A program made the translations under genes and the position numbers. Below, piece by piece: positions 61,492 through 64,000 of a stretch of 64,000 nucleotides of DNA (position 1 is its first letter; the number at the start of each line of letters is the position of its first letter). The notes under the pieces were generated by a model. That model was given only the letters and a program-made list of their open reading frames with translations. It made no database searches and had not been told where the DNA came from. The stretch is from an uncultured cyanobacterium (GTDB lineage Bacteria; Cyanobacteriota; Cyanobacteriia; Cyanobacteriales; CAWUOF01). The stretch is from NCBI GenBank assembly GCA_963744145.1, contig CAVUSO010000001.1, positions 1,152,001 through 1,216,000 on the forward strand, given 5' to 3'.

Positions 61492-64000
61492 CTATGAAGT
61501 CCATCCAATCGAACAGACAACCCGAAAACCGAAGATGTCGAAGCGGAGAGCCGGCCCAAAACCGTTGCGACACCCAGAACGACAATCCCGCGGATTAACG
61601 AACCACGAGCCACCACGCAGCAACCGATGGTCCGCAGTGTTTAAGCCAAGCGGATCATAGTCAAGCGAGCCACCACGCACCGACCGATTAGTTTGATTGT
61701 CCGCAGCGTTGGTTAATAAGTCAATGCTGTTTTGATAATGATTCTTATTCTTATCTTCATCCCAGACTGAACCATCTCTCGGCGCACCCTCATAATTGTC
61801 ATGCCAAGGATCTGCACACCACTCCCAGACATTTCCGTGCATATCGTACAGTCCAAAGGAGTTAGCCACGTTAAAAGTGCCTACTGGTGTAGTTTCACAA
61901 CGGTAAATCCCTTTTGGACCTTGACCGTAGGAACCTGAATCTTTATCATCTGTACCTCGATAATTTGCTAAATCTGTTGTAATAGTCTTGCCAAAGTGAA
62001 ATGGTGTAGTTGTACCAGCCCGACAAGTATATTCCCATTCTGCTTCGCTAGGTAAGCGATATTTTTTCCCTGTCTGTTTCGACAGTCTGGCACAGAATTC
62101 TACCACCTCATACCAGTTAACTTGCTCTACAGGTAGATTTTCTCCTGTAAACTTAGAGCAATCTGGCTCTAGCTTATAGCGAATTTTGGGCAGTTTTGTT
62201 GCCACAGCTTTCCACTGCGCTTGAGTAACAGGGTATTTCCCTATAAAAAAGTGTTCGACACTTACTTCATGTTGGGGTTTTTCATGGTCATAGCTTCCTT
62301 CTTCATTTTTAGCCGCACCCATCCGGAAATTACCACCAGGGATGTAAACCATATCGAGAGCGACACCTTCATCCAAATTTTCCCTAAAATATGATGCTTG
62401 CTTAGTTTTCCGTGCGATTTCTTTACCGCGTTTATCAACTGTTACTGTTTCAAAGGTAAAAGTTGGCAGTTTTCTTTCTTTCGGAACGGTTAAAAGTACC
62501 CCGTCAACCTTAAAATCATCCAGTTGTTTATAAATCTCTTGCGCCCCTTCCTGATAACCTCTTCCCTCACGCGCTAATCCTTGTGCAAACTTTAGCAATG
62601 GCTCAAATCCTTTTTCTACTAAAGGTTCAGCAAAAGTTGTAACCAAAGCAGCAGTTTTAATTTTTTCATCTAAAACCTTACCAACAAGTGCCTGTTGCAG
62701 CTTTTCGGCAATTTTTTTAGCAAGTTGAGTCGGTTCAGTATAACCAAGGGGAATCCAGTCAGGATGTTCACCACCCAAATCAATAGTTTCCTCTAATCCC
62801 TGGTGCAAGTAATAAAGGAAAGCTCCAGATAAATCGCGCAGTTGTTGTTCTCCAAAGCGGATCGTTAACGCTTTCAGCAATAAATGACGAACTGTGCTAT
62901 CCATCTGATATAAATTCCCACCGATCGACTCGCACAATGGAGAGAGCAAAAGACGGGGAACAGCAATCCAAGGTAAATTAGAGATAAAATTCTCTGACAA
63001 AAAATACAGCAAATGGGGAGTAACTGCCAAGGGAAAAGCCGCATAATAAGCTAAATTCAAATATTCAGGGAAATAATCGGCAAATTCAGATAATTTCTCG
63101 ATCGCTTCTTCATAATGGGGTTTTTCCCGATGTTGCTCTAAGACTTCATCTAATTTCTCCCAAGATTTATAATCAATTTCTAGCTCTAATGACGATTCAG
63201 TGAAATTTGTCTCAGTAATTGGTTGTCCTCGGAGCGATCGCAGTAATTCTTGCCATCCCAAAACACTAAAAGGAAACATGGGAACGCGATCGGCAATTTG
63301 GTGAGCAGTTGTGCCTAACCAATCCTCTTGGGGCCAAGGATTGAGCCAAACAATTTGATGAACAAACTTTTCTAATTGGGTGATAAAATTCTCAATTAAT
63401 TCGATTCTAGTCTTATTAATAATCGGAGTAGTAGCCGCAGCATCACTAAATATTAAAACTTGCGTCCGTATTGGGTGTAATTTGGGTAAAATTTCATCAA
63501 GGGAGAGTTTAGTTAATAATTTTGGATCAGTAAATAAAGCATCTCTCGGACTATTACGAAAATAGAATATATTTAATGATTTAAAAATCCCGCTCACCCT
63601 TGCAGTTTCCACCAGATACTCAGCAATTAAGTGAAAAGGAATCATCGAATTACTTTGGTCAATTAACAACAGTAATTCAACTTGATTGACTCGACTGGGA
63701 CGATAGACAATTTCCGCAATATTTTCTTGACAAATCCGCTTAACTGTGCTAGGAATATCTAATTCAATATCGCTTCCTGTGCGTAAATATTTCCTCAGAA
63801 AACACCAACCTCTTAATAATAGTGTTTTAGTTAAGGGTAAATATTCGTGATTGAAGATATATTGATCATGGGAAGGTTTCGGTTCTGATTTAGTCGGTGG
63901 AACAGCAACACCAACACCCACAAGCAGCTCTGAATTGTCTAGATTGGAAACATTCTGCTCAAGATTATTTACCCCATCCTTGCGATCGGGTAAATCTCCT
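61492..64000 (-). CDS. vWA (CoxE-like) plus FGE-sulfatase (C-type lectin fold) protein; 5' end outside window; probable DGR target
   Basis: LIDQSNSM, IFSDA and WLNP vWA motifs; RLPSEAEWEY, GLYDMHGNVWEWC, RGGSW...GFRVVC; frame open to the window edge. Confidence 0.9.
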   Translation of the reverse strand, partial: GDLPDRKDGVNNLEQNVSNLDNSELLVGVGVAVPPTKSEPKPSHDQYIFNHEYLPLTKTLLLRGWCFLRKYLRTGSDIELDIPSTVKRICQENIAEIVYRPSRVNQVELLLLIDQSNSMIPFHLIAEYLVETARVSGIFKSLNIFYFRNSPRDALFTDPKLLTKLSLDEILPKLHPIRTQVLIFSDAAATTPIINKTRIELIENFITQLEKFVHQIVWLNPWPQEDWLGTTAHQIADRVPMFPFSVLGWQELLRSLRGQPITETNFTESSLELEIDYKSWEKLDEVLEQHREKPHYEEAIEKLSEFADYFPEYLNLAYYAAFPLAVTPHLLYFLSENFISNLPWIAVPRLLLSPLCESIGGNLYQMDSTVRHLLLKALTIRFGEQQLRDLSGAFLYYLHQGLEETIDLGGEHPDWIPLGYTEPTQLAKKIAEKLQQALVGKVLDEKIKTAALVTTFAEPLVEKGFEPLLKFAQGLAREGRGYQEGAQEIYKQLDDFKVDGVLLTVPKERKLPTFTFETVTVDKRGKEIARKTKQASYFRENLDEGVALDMVYIPGGNFRMGAAKNEEGSYDHEKPQHEVSVEHFFIGKYPVTQAQWKAVATKLPKIRYKLEPDCSKFTGENLPVEQVNWYEVVEFCARLSKQTGKKYRLPSEAEWEYTCRAGTTTPFHFGKTITTDLANYRGTDDKDSGSYGQGPKGIYRCETTPVGTFNVANSFGLYDMHGNVWEWCADPWHDNYEGAPRDGSVWDEDKNKNHYQNSIDLLTNAADNQTNRSVRGGSLDYDPLGLNTADHRLLRGGSWFVNPRDCRSGCRNGFGPALRFDIFGFRVVCSIGWTS

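Noticed and set aside
1..64000. High HIP1 (GCGATCGC) density by itself
   Set aside because: A well-known cyanobacterial trait. It also means some single breakpoint coincidences reported above could be chance

Overview
Cyanobacterial chromosomal DNA, judged from ndhN, sphRSU, a cyanobacterial-type ribosomal gene order and very frequent HIP1 octamers (GCGATCGC). The core is an intact ~18 kb S10-spc-alpha-L13 ribosomal superoperon (rplC to prfA, 14.6-32.2 kb), plus rsmG and the phosphate regulators sphR-sphS-phoU. Three accessory zones surround it. (1) 1-14.2 kb: a NotI-like/Dam-like restriction-modification pair, then a repeat-bounded ~11.3 kb block between ndhN and rplC (haemagglutinin-like protein, TPR-CHAT protease, DUF928-like/TPR protein, membrane-anchored HTH-TPR protein, PEP-CTERM protein). 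(2) 33-52 kb: an ATPase with a hypervariable TPR partner, an IS5-split ABC-ATPase/TOPRIM-like pair, IS1, MITEs, broken toxin-antitoxin pairs and several single cargo genes. (3) 58-64 kb: an IS4 remnant, PD-(D/E)xK-type genes and a vWA-FGE-sulfatase gene. Most notable: (a) a 78-bp palindromic element, 69/78 identical, upstream of two unrelated predicted extracellular-protein genes 36.5 kb apart; (b) four nearby cargo genes, each bracketed by its own HIP1-anchored direct-repeat pair, plus gene truncations ending at HIP1-like sites; (c) a probable remote diversity-generating-retroelement (DGR) variable region with a partial duplicate that differs in the expected codon pattern. No rRNA, tRNA, CRISPR array, integrase or reverse transcriptase was recognised. 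All family assignments come from reading motifs by eye, not from database searches.
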